This document shows, piece after piece, positions 26,780 to 40,700 of a DNA stretch of 64,000 nucleotides (position 1 is its first letter; each line of letters starts with the position of its first letter). This stretch comes from Mytilus trossulus (Eukaryota). The stretch is taken from contig NC_086376.1 of NCBI RefSeq assembly GCF_036588685.1, forward strand, positions 73,263,630 to 73,327,629. The letters run 5' to 3'. The notes beneath the pieces were generated by a model. That model worked only from the letters and a program-made list of their open reading frames with translations. It was not told where the DNA came from and ran no database searches. Both the position numbers and the translations under genes were made by a program.

Positions 26780-28140
26780 TGAATTGCCCTTTCGAGTTAT
26801 ACTTAGATAAAGACATCTAATTGTTGAAAGGAAACAATATCCTTTGTCAAAAATCAAACAATTTTCTGAAATTGACATAATTAAGTGCCAGTCTGCCTAA
26901 GAATCAGGCAGTAGTGAAAACATAATAAAAATAACCCAATCAATTTGACAATGATTTCAGTTCATAATATGTAGTTATGCACAAAAATAACATTCATTTC
27001 TGTTTTCTGTTCTGGTAATAGAAGATACGATTTGGTTGAAATGCACTAGAAATCAACGAATAAGGGTAGTTAACTCTGTTATTTGCTGTCATTCTAACCA
27101 ATTTTCTAACTGAGTTATTTGATATTACCAGACACACACAAACGAAAGACTAATAATTCTTAACTCAGGATAATGGTTAGTATTTAATAGAATGATAAGC
27201 TCGGTGGGTTTTTTCTGATCATGTTTTGATTTTTACCTAAATTGTCTGATCCTTACAACGACTGGCACTGAAGATGGTTGTTGATTGTCAACATATTTGT
27301 TTCATTTTGAGAAAGTGTTTTTCAATAAACAATCTGGATCGTTATGAGAAAAATTTGTTGATTCATAGATGAGGTTTTCAGAAAGAATTAGGTAAAGCCT
27401 TATACTCCACAATCTGTTAGATATATGATGTCATCATATTGGATAATTCAGTTCTTTGATAAAGTAAAATGCATATATCTTATTGGAAGAAAAATACCAA
27501 AGACAGACACAAAATTTTCTTATATCTCACTTCTAAAAATTGACGAGAAGAGTTAGTTGAAAACAAATCATAATGAAAAAAATCAATGATTTCTTGTTCC
27601 CAATTGTTAACAATCAAGATTTTCATATGTAGAGTGTGTATCGCAATTGGACTTATTTTGTAGAAACTGTCAAAAAAGTGTGAGATTTAACCAGTTTTAA
27701 AACCAGGTTCAATCCACCATTTTATAAATATGAAAACGCCTGGACCAAGACAGGAATATGGCAGTTGTTATCCATTCGTTTGATGTGTTTGAGCTTTTGA
27801 TTTTGCCATTTGATGATAAGGGACTTTCTTTTAAAATTTCCCTCGGAGTTCAGTATTTTTGTGATTTATCTTTTTCCTATAATAATTTCTTTGATAGAAG
27901 ACAATGGTTGCTGCTTCCGATGAAGCTTTCAAACCACAGGTTCTAAACGATTAAATTGAAATCAACCCTTCGATTTTTTTTACGGATGACATCACGAGTT
28001 GGTCTATGAGTATGATCCTATTGTCGCTACCACAAACCTGTCCTCTTTTCCTTTAAATAGACACTACCAATATGAACTAACCATGGACAAATAAGTGGGT
28101 ACATCTAGTGAAACATGATCTGCTTATCCGTTTAGAGCAC
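26780..28140 (+). mobile_element. Highly degenerate PLE-like RT relic with 3' tail
   Basis: Collinear remnants of the same RT as at 530-2210 and 52660-53050, ending in an FYG..HELV-like segment and a TGCTTA..GAGCACC tail. Confidence 0.5.
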
Positions 28141-29439
28141 CATAAATTACCAAAAAAATGTGTTGGGTAGATATAGGAAGATGTGGTGTGAGTGCCAATG
28201 AGACAACTCTCCATCAAAATAACAATTTAAAAATTAAACCATTATAGGTTAAAGTACGGCCTTCAACACGGAGCCTTGGCTCACACCGAACAACAAGCTA
28301 TAAAGGGCCCCAAAATTACTAGTGTAAAACCATTCAAACGGGAAAACCAACGGTCTTATCTATATAAACAAAACGAGAAACGAGAAACACGTATATATTA
28401 CATAAACAAACGACAACTACTGTACATCAGATTCCTGACTTAGGACAGGTGCAAACATTTGCAGCGGGATTAAACGTTTTAATGGGCCCAAACCTTCTTT
28501 CTTTTTCTGAAACAATAGCATAACATCACAACATATAAAAACATACGATAAGGGTTCATTTACAAATCGAATGGTTTGTCTTTCATGAGATAGGTTTTTT
28601 TTTCATGTCAATTTTGATACAAGCACATATTGAAATCATTTAATTATCATCTTCATTGACGTGGGTTTGTTAAATTTGAACAAAAGGCCTTAAGCCTATA
28701 ATGTACTAATTTTATAGATTCTAAATTCTATGTCAAAGTTATGTTTGATTTAAATAAAGCTAAATGAAAAATCTATATTTTGTTGACGTGTATCCAAAGT
28801 TTTGTTATTATTTTGTCTATTTTGTGATCTATAATTGTTGAGTTTAAAACAGTAAAATAATATAACCTTTGAAGCAGCGTTAGAAAGATTTTGTTTGTTT
28901 GCATTGGTAAAGGAATTGGTTATGAATTATTTCGAAACCACAAGTGTTCATGTATTTTTACCGTCTACCATACTTAGAGTGAGCATATTCTTTGTCAGTG
29001 TGTACATCTTGTATAAGGTTAAAACTAGGGATATGATGGATAAAGGTAGTTTACCATGAAGTTGTATTCACACAGCAGGAAACATAGTAAACATTATCTT
29101 GATAACTTTTGGAGTATATATGCCAATGGAGGGTTTTAGTTTGATTTCGTAATATGATTAATGTTCAAAATATCCGTCATAGTTTGTTTTTTAGTAACAT
29201 AACACGAATGATTCTGTTTTCGTTGTTTGCCGTATTTCAAGATAAACCAAAACACTATACGATAACTTTGTGTTTACTGAAAATAATTGTCACTGAATCT
29301 TTTATCAGTTATATACTACATGTAACTAATTGTTCCAGATTCAGATATCAAAAAAGTTCTTTAGGCGAACAAATCGAACATCGAGGAGCCTTGTTTGTAA
29401 TGTCGAAAATTGTGTTGTCACAATTGTAATTTTTTTATA

Positions 29440-29550
29440 AATAAACTCATGATAGATACCAGGACTAACATTTTATATCTTCGCCAGACGCGCGTTTTGT
29501 CTACAAAGACTCATCAGTGACACTCGAATCAAAAAATATTTAAAGGCCAA
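29440..29550 (-). repeat. Retrozyme-family repeat with hammerhead carrying a GAAA>AAAA mutation (29482-29523)
   Basis: Minus strand reads GTGTCA-CTGATGA-GTCT(ttgt)AGAC-AAAA-CGCGCG-TC-TGGCG. Confidence 0.7.
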
Positions 29551-30777
29551 ATTAACGATGCGATTGATAAGCGGTCGATTTTTTTTTATATCATTTAGTA
29601 GCGCAATGTTTTGCAATGACTGTTACAATAATGACAGAATACAACAAAATTAGTATCAAATAAAGTTCATATCAACAGAAACCGATATATACATTGACAT
29701 TACATATCAACCATATTTTCTAATGTAAGTCTTTCTTCAATTACATGTGTTGTTCGAATTGTTCTTAAAATAATTGTTTCGTCAAGGACAACATTGAAAA
29801 TCAAACATTTACCATTGTGGTTAAAACAAAAAAGAATATAGACATATAACACCATGGCAAAAAGACAAACAGAAACGCCTACAGAGACATCTAAAGACTG
29901 AACAACACCCAAAACCAAAAACGAAAACTGAAGCTCTGATACATATTTGTGTTTGAGATACAATGGCTTATCGTGAATTCGTTTAACAAATACCATGAAA
30001 CCGGAAGTTTCAGATGATGACATCCCACTAGTAATCAATCTATCAATCATTATGAGGCAGTGAGTTATAAACTATACCGTGGCCTTTATGTACCAAAACG
30101 AAGAGAACCAACAATAATTTTGCTTAGTACAATGATACACTCCCACTATTAGGCGTTTTTCTCGTGCTCCTTTGCCCCATAACCTCCTTCCCATAATATA
30201 TATGAAAACAAGACAACTATGAAAAAAGTACACCATTTAATATATCCAATCCTGAGGTTGAAATCTTGAGTATCATAATGAAATGTTCTTATTTTCCAAG
30301 TCCTGATACGACTGGTCGTGGCATTGGCTAAAAAAATATGAATGAACATTAGATCAAGTTCAAGAACATATTTTAGTATGCATTATTTCCGTTTATGTGG
30401 TTATACATTTATGAAACAACAATAAATACAGTTAAATACAGTTAAACTGCTAAGTCGTTGAACCTTTTTACCGTTTGACACAACCCTAATACAAACAAAT
30501 AGTTGTACTGAACGTAATTAGCTTCATGTTGACAACAAAATAATAATTTGGGTGACGTTTTAACTCCATGTCAGATTATCCTAAATGTTCCTGGAGTGCA
30601 TATCCCCAAGTTTTGTTTTTAATGACATTACAGTTAATTCATTTTGTTTTATTCATGCAGTCATAATTTCAAATTTTCTTCCAATTGATGTGTACAAAAA
30701 AAAGTACCATTTCGGAAATCTTTAGTACTTTTGTGGATAAATTAATAAAGGTATTTATAATGTGAAAAACTACTCAC

Positions 30778-33700
30778 GCAATTTTGTGGTGTTTGGAATA
30801 CAGATGTGGATGCAATTCCTGGGGTAACTCCGAAAAACTCGACAGTCATTTGATATCCACCTTCAAGAAATTAATATAAGTGTAAAGTAACAACATATGA
30901 GCATTATACCATATATTACTAAATCTTTGGGCAATGTTAATCAAACAGACACCAGGAGTAAAAATAAGTATTTGGAAAGGTATGTTTTCTTCATATTCTT
31001 CGAAATGTGGTCAAATTATAAAAAAAAGTTACAGTTATATACACATTCGAGATCAATAAAATCAATTCAAAATTTGAATTCTTATAAGTTAAGTTTGATT
31101 GCTATGAATTGATTTTAAGTGTTTGCATTTATAAAACATACCTTAGGAAATGATGTCTTTCTTTGATGATGTTAGTGATATTTTAAAAAACAGTGCCAAC
31201 CTTTGTTTATACTTTGAAGATTACACGGATGTCAGTTTATTAGTTTAAATAATGCTATATATTGTGAATTGAAACTGTCAGATTTCTGATATTTTGTCTT
31301 TGCCTTGTAGTCCGGTTAATATGAACTAGGCATTGTCATGAAAAAAAGAACTACATTTGTTTGGAAATCCGCTCAAGACGTGTGTACACAAATTAAATAT
31401 AACATAAACAAATTAAATATCACGTTTCCCCCAACTGGACGATATCAAAATATCATATAATGCTGCTATATATAATTCAATTTGCGAATCCTACAGGTCT
31501 TTTTTCAGTTAATTATTTATATGAATTACATTTTCACTTTGATAGAAAAAAAACTCAAAGTAGCTCTTACTATTACATGCACCTTCAGTTTCTCCTGAGG
31601 TTTTCAATTTCCAAAGGTTTGTCTTAATGTTTGCTTAAGATGAGCTACGCATTGCCATAAAAAATCGAAATAACACAAATTAAGTATAACATAAAACAAA
31701 TTTAGTATCAACGTTTTTCCCATGCATTAAATTGTAAATCGGATCGGAATAATTAAAGTACCTCCATCTTCAGTTGCTCCTGATGCTTCATAGGTCAAAG
31801 GTACGCATCCATCATCGGACATAGTGGCATAGATAACATTCTGGCCCATATAGAATTTGTACATTGTAGCCATAACCTTTGAGCTTCCAGCTCCGAAATA
31901 AGACTGAATTATTTTTGTATGATTCTCTATAAAACAAGGTAAAATATAAAATAGTGATTATCAAATCATTTGAGAACATTTTATTTCGGAAGATGTTAAA
32001 TGTAAGCATATTCCATTACATAATCATATTTGTCAGGCTAACCCCCTGACCCACATCTTTTAAAATGGACGCCATAAAACAAAATTTTATGTTAGTTTAA
32101 ATTTTCTAAATAGCAGTCAAAAAATTGAATGGTGGTCTATTGATGGCCTTTGCGTTTTGGTGTCAACGGATTGCTATCTCGTCCCAAAATGTATAAATGA
32201 TTTAAGTAAGTCTTGCGTAATATTTTTTATTTTCATTTTATGCAATGCAGTTCGAATTATTTATTCAAATTAGGTGCACAGACTGTTTCTGCGAAGGTTT
32301 GTTAGAGATTTTTTTTCTGATATCTTTAGGTAATAAGCGAAAAAGCGAGTTCATATTATAGTTGATACAAAAGTATGCGGGCTAACACGAGTTAAACACT
32401 GATACAATAAAACGCAGAAAACACCAAGGAGTAACCAGAACACTCATTCGACAGACAACACATTGAACAAATCGAATGTCAAAGGAAAAATAAATGTCAA
32501 CAAAACACTAGACTTACTTGGAATACATCCGGGCTCAATTGAGTTAATTGGCATTCTCATACAACTAATTTCCATACCATCTTTTGTTGTTGTTACATAT
32601 TGTTCTCCCTGTTCATGAAAAAAAGACAAAAGTTTAGTTGACGCATTTTTTTTTAATATAAGTGAAAATAAAGGCTTATTCAAATACTCATTTTGCTTTC
32701 AGTTTATGTGAGTTCCAATGGATAATAAATCCGGTAAAAATATGACTCTTACATAGTAAACTATATAACAAACTTAAAATTGTAATAACTTTAAATCTTT
32801 AATTTCGTTACAACAATATGTTTATAAGTTAATAGTCATTATTAAAGTAAAATCAGGTATAAATTAGTATGACGATATTGTATTCACTTACAGAACTATA
32901 ATCTTGTAAAATTTTCTGTTCCATACCCTGACCGTCCATTGTAAGTTGTTGTGTTATAAATACTCTCCTCATGTCTGTATCTACAGTTACATTCTGTGAA
33001 ATCTGTAAATAGAATAATCAGTTATAATTCTATTTTAAGAATTTGTATTTGTATGTAAGGGGAGAATTATCCCTTTTGAAAACCATTCGGGATAATGATT
33101 ATAACAAAAATGTTTGTAAATTTGAAAGTATAAAAACAGAGTATTTTGCATAATTGCCAACCATGAAAACTGAAACTTAAGATTTCAAACTGCATGAATT
33201 AAATGAGTTTCCATTCTAAAATCAATAAACTTCATCAAAATTACCTCCGAGTAACAATAATCATTTTAAAAGCACAATTTCAAGTATCTGCTTATTTCTT
33301 TAAGTTTTCAAATTATTGACTCTTTATTCAAAATCATTAAAACAAATATTTTTTTAATCTATTTTATCTTTGATTAAACAATTAACGACAATTAATAATC
33401 AATCTATTTATATTGTTTCGCTAATTCATTGTGCTGCATTAACATAAACATTCAGTGGTTGTCGTTTGTTAATGTGTTACATATTTGTTTTTCGTTCATT
33501 TTTTTACATAAATAAGGCCGTTAGTTTTCTCGTTTGAATTGTTTTAAATTGTCTTATCGGGGCCTTTTAAAGCTGACTATGCGGTATGGGCTTTGCTCAT
33601 TGTTGAAGGTCGTATTGTGACCTATAGTTGTTAATGTGTGTGCCATTTTGGTCTATTGTGGATAGTTGTCTCATTGGCAATCATACCACATCTTCTTTTT

Positions 33701-34564
33701 TATATTATATACATTGTCTAGAATTTTCTTTTTAAATTTTGGAATTATTTCTGTAAAATTTTAATTCGAATTCTTAAAGTGCTTAATCAGACTAAATGTA
33801 CAAATTTATAATTTTGAGCTTCCATGAACTGTAAGCATGCATACATAGAATGTGTGACCCGATAAGATAATCTCGTATTGAAAATGTTTCAAAGATTGAT
33901 TGTATACATAAAATACGAAGATATGGCATGATTGACAATGAAATACTATCCAGCAGCAACCAAATGACGAAGATGTAATCAACTAAAGGTAACAATATGA
34001 CCTTCAACAATAAGCAAAGCCAATAGAAATAAGTAAACTAAAGAAAAATACCCAAATACCATACTATGTAAAACAATTCAAACTAGAAAACTAGCGTCTG
34101 ATTTATGTAATAAACAATAAACGAAACCAAATATAATACACATGTAGTTATTAACGACAACCAATGAATTACAACTGAGTTCCCAACTCTACGTTTATAT
34201 GCTCCTGACACCATGTTTAAAAGACTTCAAACTCCACGTTTACCAGAAACAACTCTCAATCATTCCTTTTATGAATGATTGTCTGTAACACCGATACTTC
34301 TTTTGTCCATGATCAAAGAAAGAGTAGGTAAAAGTGAAATAATTAATTAATTGGATAGAAATTGTTTTAAGAACTTAAAAAAAAAGGAAAAAAAAACATT
34401 TTTTTAAAGGTTTTTCTGTTATATAAAGTTACCTCAGTGTAATGTCCCTGTCCCTTGCCATCTGTGGAACCCAGAGCAATATACTCGGATCCTTCCCATT
34501 TACTTGGTGGACAGCAAGACCAAACCAAAGCTGGGAGCACAATCAAAGCTGTGTAACGAAACAT
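30778..34564 (-). CDS. Ependymin-related protein A (secreted, EPDR family)
   Basis: Exons 34433-34564, 32892-33002, 32518-32608, 31762-31926 and 30778-30860 are all GT-AG and in frame (194 aa). Signal peptide, CCPPSKWEG, EPGCIP, DDGCVP and terminal VFQTPQNC are present. The last exon is uncertain: candidate 30468-30485 (GCVKR*), or read-through to TAA at 30742. Confidence 0.9.
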
Positions 34565-35665
34565 TTTGTCCGATATAATTAAATTCTTCTACTTGTCAGT
34601 GTTATATATATACGAATTTGAAGGCTGGTTCTTATCACTTATTTTTCCATTTATAAAGTAAGAGCATAGCCTTCGTAATGGAAGTTAACCGATAAGATAA
34701 AGCAGATCAGAATCAGTTCATTAACCAGAACATATTTATTGGTGGTATGTTGAAATACCAGAACTTACCTAAAAAAAGACCCATTAATCATATGAACTTT
34801 CATCGTGAATTTGTGACCGACCGAACAATATTTTCCTCGCAATTTTGTACTCTTCATAAGTAGGAAGTATGTGAAGGTGAAAATCTTCGATCATGTATTT
34901 TTTTTAGAACTTTTTGTAAGGTAATAAATTCTAAGGAAATTGGATTTTTTTTTTATCAATTTGCCATTTTATTTTAACAATCAAAATATCTTTAAAAAAA
35001 TTAAAAAAAGTAAACATAATTTAAGTGCTGTCTTGTATACAATTTCATGATTCCGAATACAAATAAAAAAGAAGATGTGGTATGATTGCCAATGAAACAA
35101 CACTCCACAAAAGACAAAATGACACCTCAATTAACACCGAACGGCCTTCAGCAATGAGCAAAGCCCATATCCATAGCTATACAAAAAATAAAAAAAATAA
35201 AGCAAGCTCCGAAATGACAGTACTCGCAGTTACTGTCAGCTAGTTCAAACCACTAACAACTAATAAAAACAATCAGGAATCAAAATGCCAGTTGGTATAT
35301 GACATGAATGAATTTTATTCCATTTAAAGAAAATTTTGGATTTACGAATGGCTGGATGTAGCCTTGTGCCTCAAATTTTGAATTGAAATGCTTTCAAAAA
35401 TACCATATTACTTTATTGAAGGGTCAAGTTGCAAGAGCTGACCTGCGAACTTGAAAAAATATATGTTGTCAAAAGGTATATTTTGAGAAATGGTACCATG
35501 CTGAGAACTATGTGGAACACTTTAAAAATGTGAGATTTGAAATATCTTTAGATTTTGAATGTACATGAGTTTCAAATTTTATTTTTTAAGGATATGTATA
35601 AAAGGAACACTAGCTACAAGATATTTCAAAAATATAAAATATGATTTTGTTTTTTCTTACATTAA

Positions 35666-36259
35666 GGTAGATTCATGGTATACCGCCATCTTGTAATGTA
35701 CAATCACAATACAAAATCGGTCTAGTTATTTGCCTAAATCTGCAAATTTGGAGACGTATTTGCAATTTAATGGTTAGACTGTTTTTGTATATAAAGATTT
35801 TTTTTTAATTAATTGTATCAAACAAAATATTTTACCAATATCATTTTTTGAGGTTTCAAAATCATTTTTTTAAATGAGCTTTTTAAGGGGAGATAACTCT
35901 TTTAGTACAAAATTTATACTTGGCTAATAGAGATTTTTAAAATTTTTGCTTGTAGCAAGAAAAAAAGTTCGGTGACACCATGTTTTCTTTTTATTTTCTT
36001 AAGACATATTATGAACCCTATCTTTTCACAATTTATTTCAAAATTCTATCTCATAGAATTTTTTTATGCAGACTAATTATAATGTGTTTTTTCATAAACA
36101 AACTAACCAAATTTTGGCAATTTTCAACGCCTCATAGCTTGAAATAGAGCACGGTGACCCATATTTTTTATTAAATTTTTGAAAAAAGCATAGTAAAGTC
36201 CTCATATTTGCAAATTATAAGAAAATTATGTCTAAAAGAATATATACTTATGATCTACC
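35666..36259. mobile_element. TTAA-flanked non-autonomous DNA transposon (Kolobok-like)
   Basis: TTAA-GGTAGAT ... ATCTACC-TTAA. Confidence 0.65.
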
Positions 36260-37773
36260 TTAAAAAATGAAGTCCTAGTAGTGAAATAATCGACTGCACT
36301 GTAATGGTTTGTTAAGCACACACAACTTGTAACTATTTATTAGATCATAGGTGGTATTGGGAACATTGAATAAATTAACTGAACTGCAATTATTTTTGGT
36401 AAGAACCGATAGAATTGTGAGAATACATATCAACACAACATGAATTTCAGAGAGAGAGAGAGATTGACAATGTCTGCTTTAACAGGGTAAGCGTCTCCAA
36501 CTATAAAATATCACCAGCCTTGCGAATACACACTCAGTCATTTTGCAATAATCGGGAAAAAGACATAATCTCCGGGTGCGGGAATTTCTCGCTACATTGA
36601 AGACCTGTTGGTGACCTTCTGCTGTTGTTTTTTTCTTTGGTCGGGTTGTTGTCTCTTTGACACATTCCCCATTTCCATTCTCAATTTTATAATCGTTCAA
36701 GTTACAGATCGTACGACTATACTGAAGATCTATGACATCGACACCTCTTATCAGTCAACCGGTTCGTGAAGCTGATCGTTAAACTGAATTAGCGCCAATT
36801 TCAGTTGTTATTCCTCATACATGTAGCCTTGAGAGCTTTTTTTTGCGAAGAGAACATTCCCTTTAAAGCGACACGTAAAATTTGAACTCACACGTACGTA
36901 ACGTATGTCATACGATGAAGTGGAGAATCATATCATGCTACCGATAAAAAATGGGAAGTTGAAAATTGGTAAGTTGAAATCATCATAACATAGATTCTAG
37001 TTGCCGATCTGGTTGATATCAAGACAAAGGTCAAAATATGAAGCATACCATTTTTTCGGTAGTATTCTTAACTACATTGGCAAGTTCGCTAGGATATAAT
37101 ATATTTTTGTCATAATTGATTTTCTTTTACTGTTTAAATATAAATCAGGCTGTTGATTTATTATTTTAAATTCTTTCAAATGCTGTTGTTAAAACATACT
37201 TTCAGTTATAAGTTTTGACAAAATTGCTGTTCACATGGTGACCATAGAATATTCAGGTCTATGTCATTTTGTAATACATGGAATTTTTTCTGAACATAAA
37301 AATGATAACTTGCGTAAAAAAGATGTGTGTGAACGTATTTCATGAATTATGCCCATGTAATACATATACATATATTTCTTTATATCACAATATTTTATTT
37401 CGGGTACAAAGTGATATCGTGAAAAAGAACACAGCTGTGAATTAACAAAATAATAACATTCATAAATTTTGCATTAGTTTTGTTTTATTGTATGTCCACC
37501 TGATTTCTCTTGGCTCTTTTTTTTATTATTGCAAAGTAAAGAAATTATTTGTAAGGACAACTCGGTTTTCTTACTTTAATTGTACTTTAAGTGTAATTGA
37601 CAGTTAAGATGTCATTCACTGTTATTATTATAAGGTTGTATGCCTTATCATACATTTACCAGCTGTAAAGTTATTTAACAATGGGAAATTCTATATAATT
37701 ATCAGGTGTCAGTTCCGCATAAGTACCTGTGTATATATATCACTGTTCTCAGTTGGAAATCAAAAATCAGAAA

Positions 37774-40700
37774 ATGACTCGATTTGTTGCGCTTGTTTTA
37801 TTACCAGCATTTGTATTGGGTTGCTGTCCTCCAAAACAATGGAGAGGTATGGTGTTTGTAGATTATTCCATGCGGGGTGCTGATGGCATGGATCACCGGT
37901 CTGAGGTAAATGATGCTTTCTGCACTAATAAATATTTAAATACTGAACAAAGTACTTATATGCCTAGTTACAATAGCGTATAATTTTTACTATTCTTTTA
38001 CTTCATAAACTGGACAGGAATGGGTTTTACATCATGATTTGGTCACTTTTGAAATGTTTGAATTTAGACAACTGGTCTATCATATTTACTGCGAAAATGG
38101 TCTAATTAAAGGTGCACTAGCTCAAATCATGAATAATAATTTGACTCAAATTCTTATAATTGATTCATATCATATTAAAACGTATACGTGTCCATTTTTA
38201 GAAAGTCTAAAATAAACAACGTAAATGCTCGATAAAATGTATCAACATTTCGTGTGCATTTTAGTGTAGACGCTATCAAATTAACCACCGAGGTGTCGTC
38301 TGCAGACTGCGGATCTCTCACCCGATATAAACATAAATATTGATATTAATATATAGCGAACTCGTGTAATTTGCTATGTCCGTTTGATTTCATATTATTA
38401 ATAAAGGTTAATCAAAGTTTTTGCCAGTTTAAGAACTAGTTTGTGTGGATTGAATCAGTCATTCATATGGCTTACTCTTGTTTTCACTTTTAATATTGAC
38501 GTTCTTTTCCTTTTAAGGGCATACGATACAGTTACAGGGAAAGTAATGACGTTGCTAACGTAACTTGTTATTTTCGCGACGTCAAACTGTGACATATCGG
38601 GCAAAGATGCATTTTTCGACTGATTTTCATCGTTCAAACTGATTTAATTTGAAAACGAGTTCATGGACCCCTATTTTTCAAAACGTCATTTTGTTTCATT
38701 TTGCAGGGAGATTATGTGACCCAAATTTTATAAAACTGTAAATAGAGGATTTTTTTTAATTTTGATAAACATGCAGTAAAAAATGACGTTTTTCCTCAAT
38801 TCATGAACATTTGATAAATATGAGTTATTTCTGAATAAAAAATTGCATATTTTTTTAAGATATTTATAAAATACAGAAATTACCGATTACTTAACAAAAA
38901 ACAATTTGTGTTTATCTTTTATAACAAAAAAGTTATGTCTTTCTTTTGAAAAAGAAATTACGGCCACAAATCTGAATTTTGAGCAAATATACAAAATTTC
39001 GACCTCATTTTACTCAAAAAGTAGCACATGAAGGTATATCTTTTATTACATATTTGATTTAATCAGGTAAAAACTAGCCTATATGCAAATTTTCAGGAAC
39101 TTGTAAATACAGGATCAAAACTGTATCGTATGCCCTTAATAACTGAACACGCGTACTAAATTATAATCCTGGTACCTTTGATAACTATTAATTCATTCGT
39201 AACCCATCTCCGTCTAAGGGGTTGAATTGAGGTTCACATGAACATGGATTAAGTGAGGTCGAATTATTTACTTGCAAGTGAATAATCATCAGCCAAGTTT
39301 TTTTCGCTTATTTTTACAAAATGCAACCATACTGGCTTCAAAAATCGAATTAATATTTCATCAATAATTTTACAAAATTAAAAAAAATATATCGCGTAGA
39401 TAACGCTCCTTTTAGAAAACTTAATTACAGGAAAAACGATGCTACATCCCAATTTCATATCATACCACTGTTCATTTTATGTGTATATTACAGTTTGCAA
39501 AAAAGTCCAAATGTATATTCTGTCACTAAGTATGAGTCTTATTTTGAAAGATTTCAGAAGGTCTGATTTACGATCAAACAGTTAGGAAGTTGTTTGCAAA
39601 CCAAACAATAAACGTTGACGGGGGACCTGAATTTCACCAGACAGCTTTACTAGACTTTAATACGGTAAGTACTGAAATGAATTTTTATTCATAAAATGTC
39701 AACACATGATAACAAATTAAATATTAGTACATGTATGTAGCTCTTTTAACTTCAAATTAAAAAGTGCGATTTCCTTGTAACATACCATCCTTAGTGTATA
39801 TAAAAAAAAGAAAAAAAATTACAAAAATACTGATGTGCGAAGAAAATTCAAAACGGAAGGTCCCGAATCAAATAGCAAAATCATACAATAAATCACATCA
39901 AACGAATTGACAACAACTGTCTTATTGCTGACTTGGTACATGCATTTTCAAATGCAGAAAATACTGGGTTAAATTGGTTTTATAGCGCTAAACCTCTTAC
40001 TTGTATGACAGTCGCGTCGAATTCCAATTATATTTACAACGATGAGTGATCAGAAGAGACATAATTTGTAAAACTATGGATACCGCAGTCATTACTATGT
40101 CACAATCTCAAGACAAAAATACAGTTTTAATTTATTTAAAGCGTATTACAAGCTTACATACAAAAACCCTACCTATCAAAACATTTTTTAGAAAGACATT
40201 ACAATACATAATACATAATACATAATATAAGACATATCACTGTCATGTGAAGTTATATTATTATGTTCTTTAATTTTTTAACATTATAGACAGAATATAC
40301 TTTTAATGGCGAAATTCTGATCATTAATAGCTTTTCTCCTTTGATGAAGCGTTACAATTGTGTTGTCCTTTGGGAAACTGATCTATCTTTTTAATTGTGC
40401 AGGATATAGAATACTTAGTCCGGGATAACAAGTGTACGAAGATGAATATTACAACCATGGAACCAGGGTGTATACCAAGTAAGTTCCGAAGGATGATAAT
40501 CATAGATGCTCTTATACTATCCAAGCATAAACAAAACAAAATCAATATAGTGATATCTCCATATACCTATATGCACTCAGTATAAAATATTAAAAAAAAA
40601 TACAAAGAACGAATAGGAATTATGTGAACACACTTAACATGAAGTTTTGACAGTGCAGAAGTTTGATTTAATGTTCTCTCTTGGTCAATAACGCTCCAGC

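Noticed and set aside
34680-34890. Short same-strand matches to 55960-56100 (GAAGTTAA, ATTGGTGGT, AAGGTGAAAATC) suggesting an ancestral bidirectional promoter
   Set aside because: Spacing is inconsistent and the matches are short enough to be chance in AT-rich DNA.
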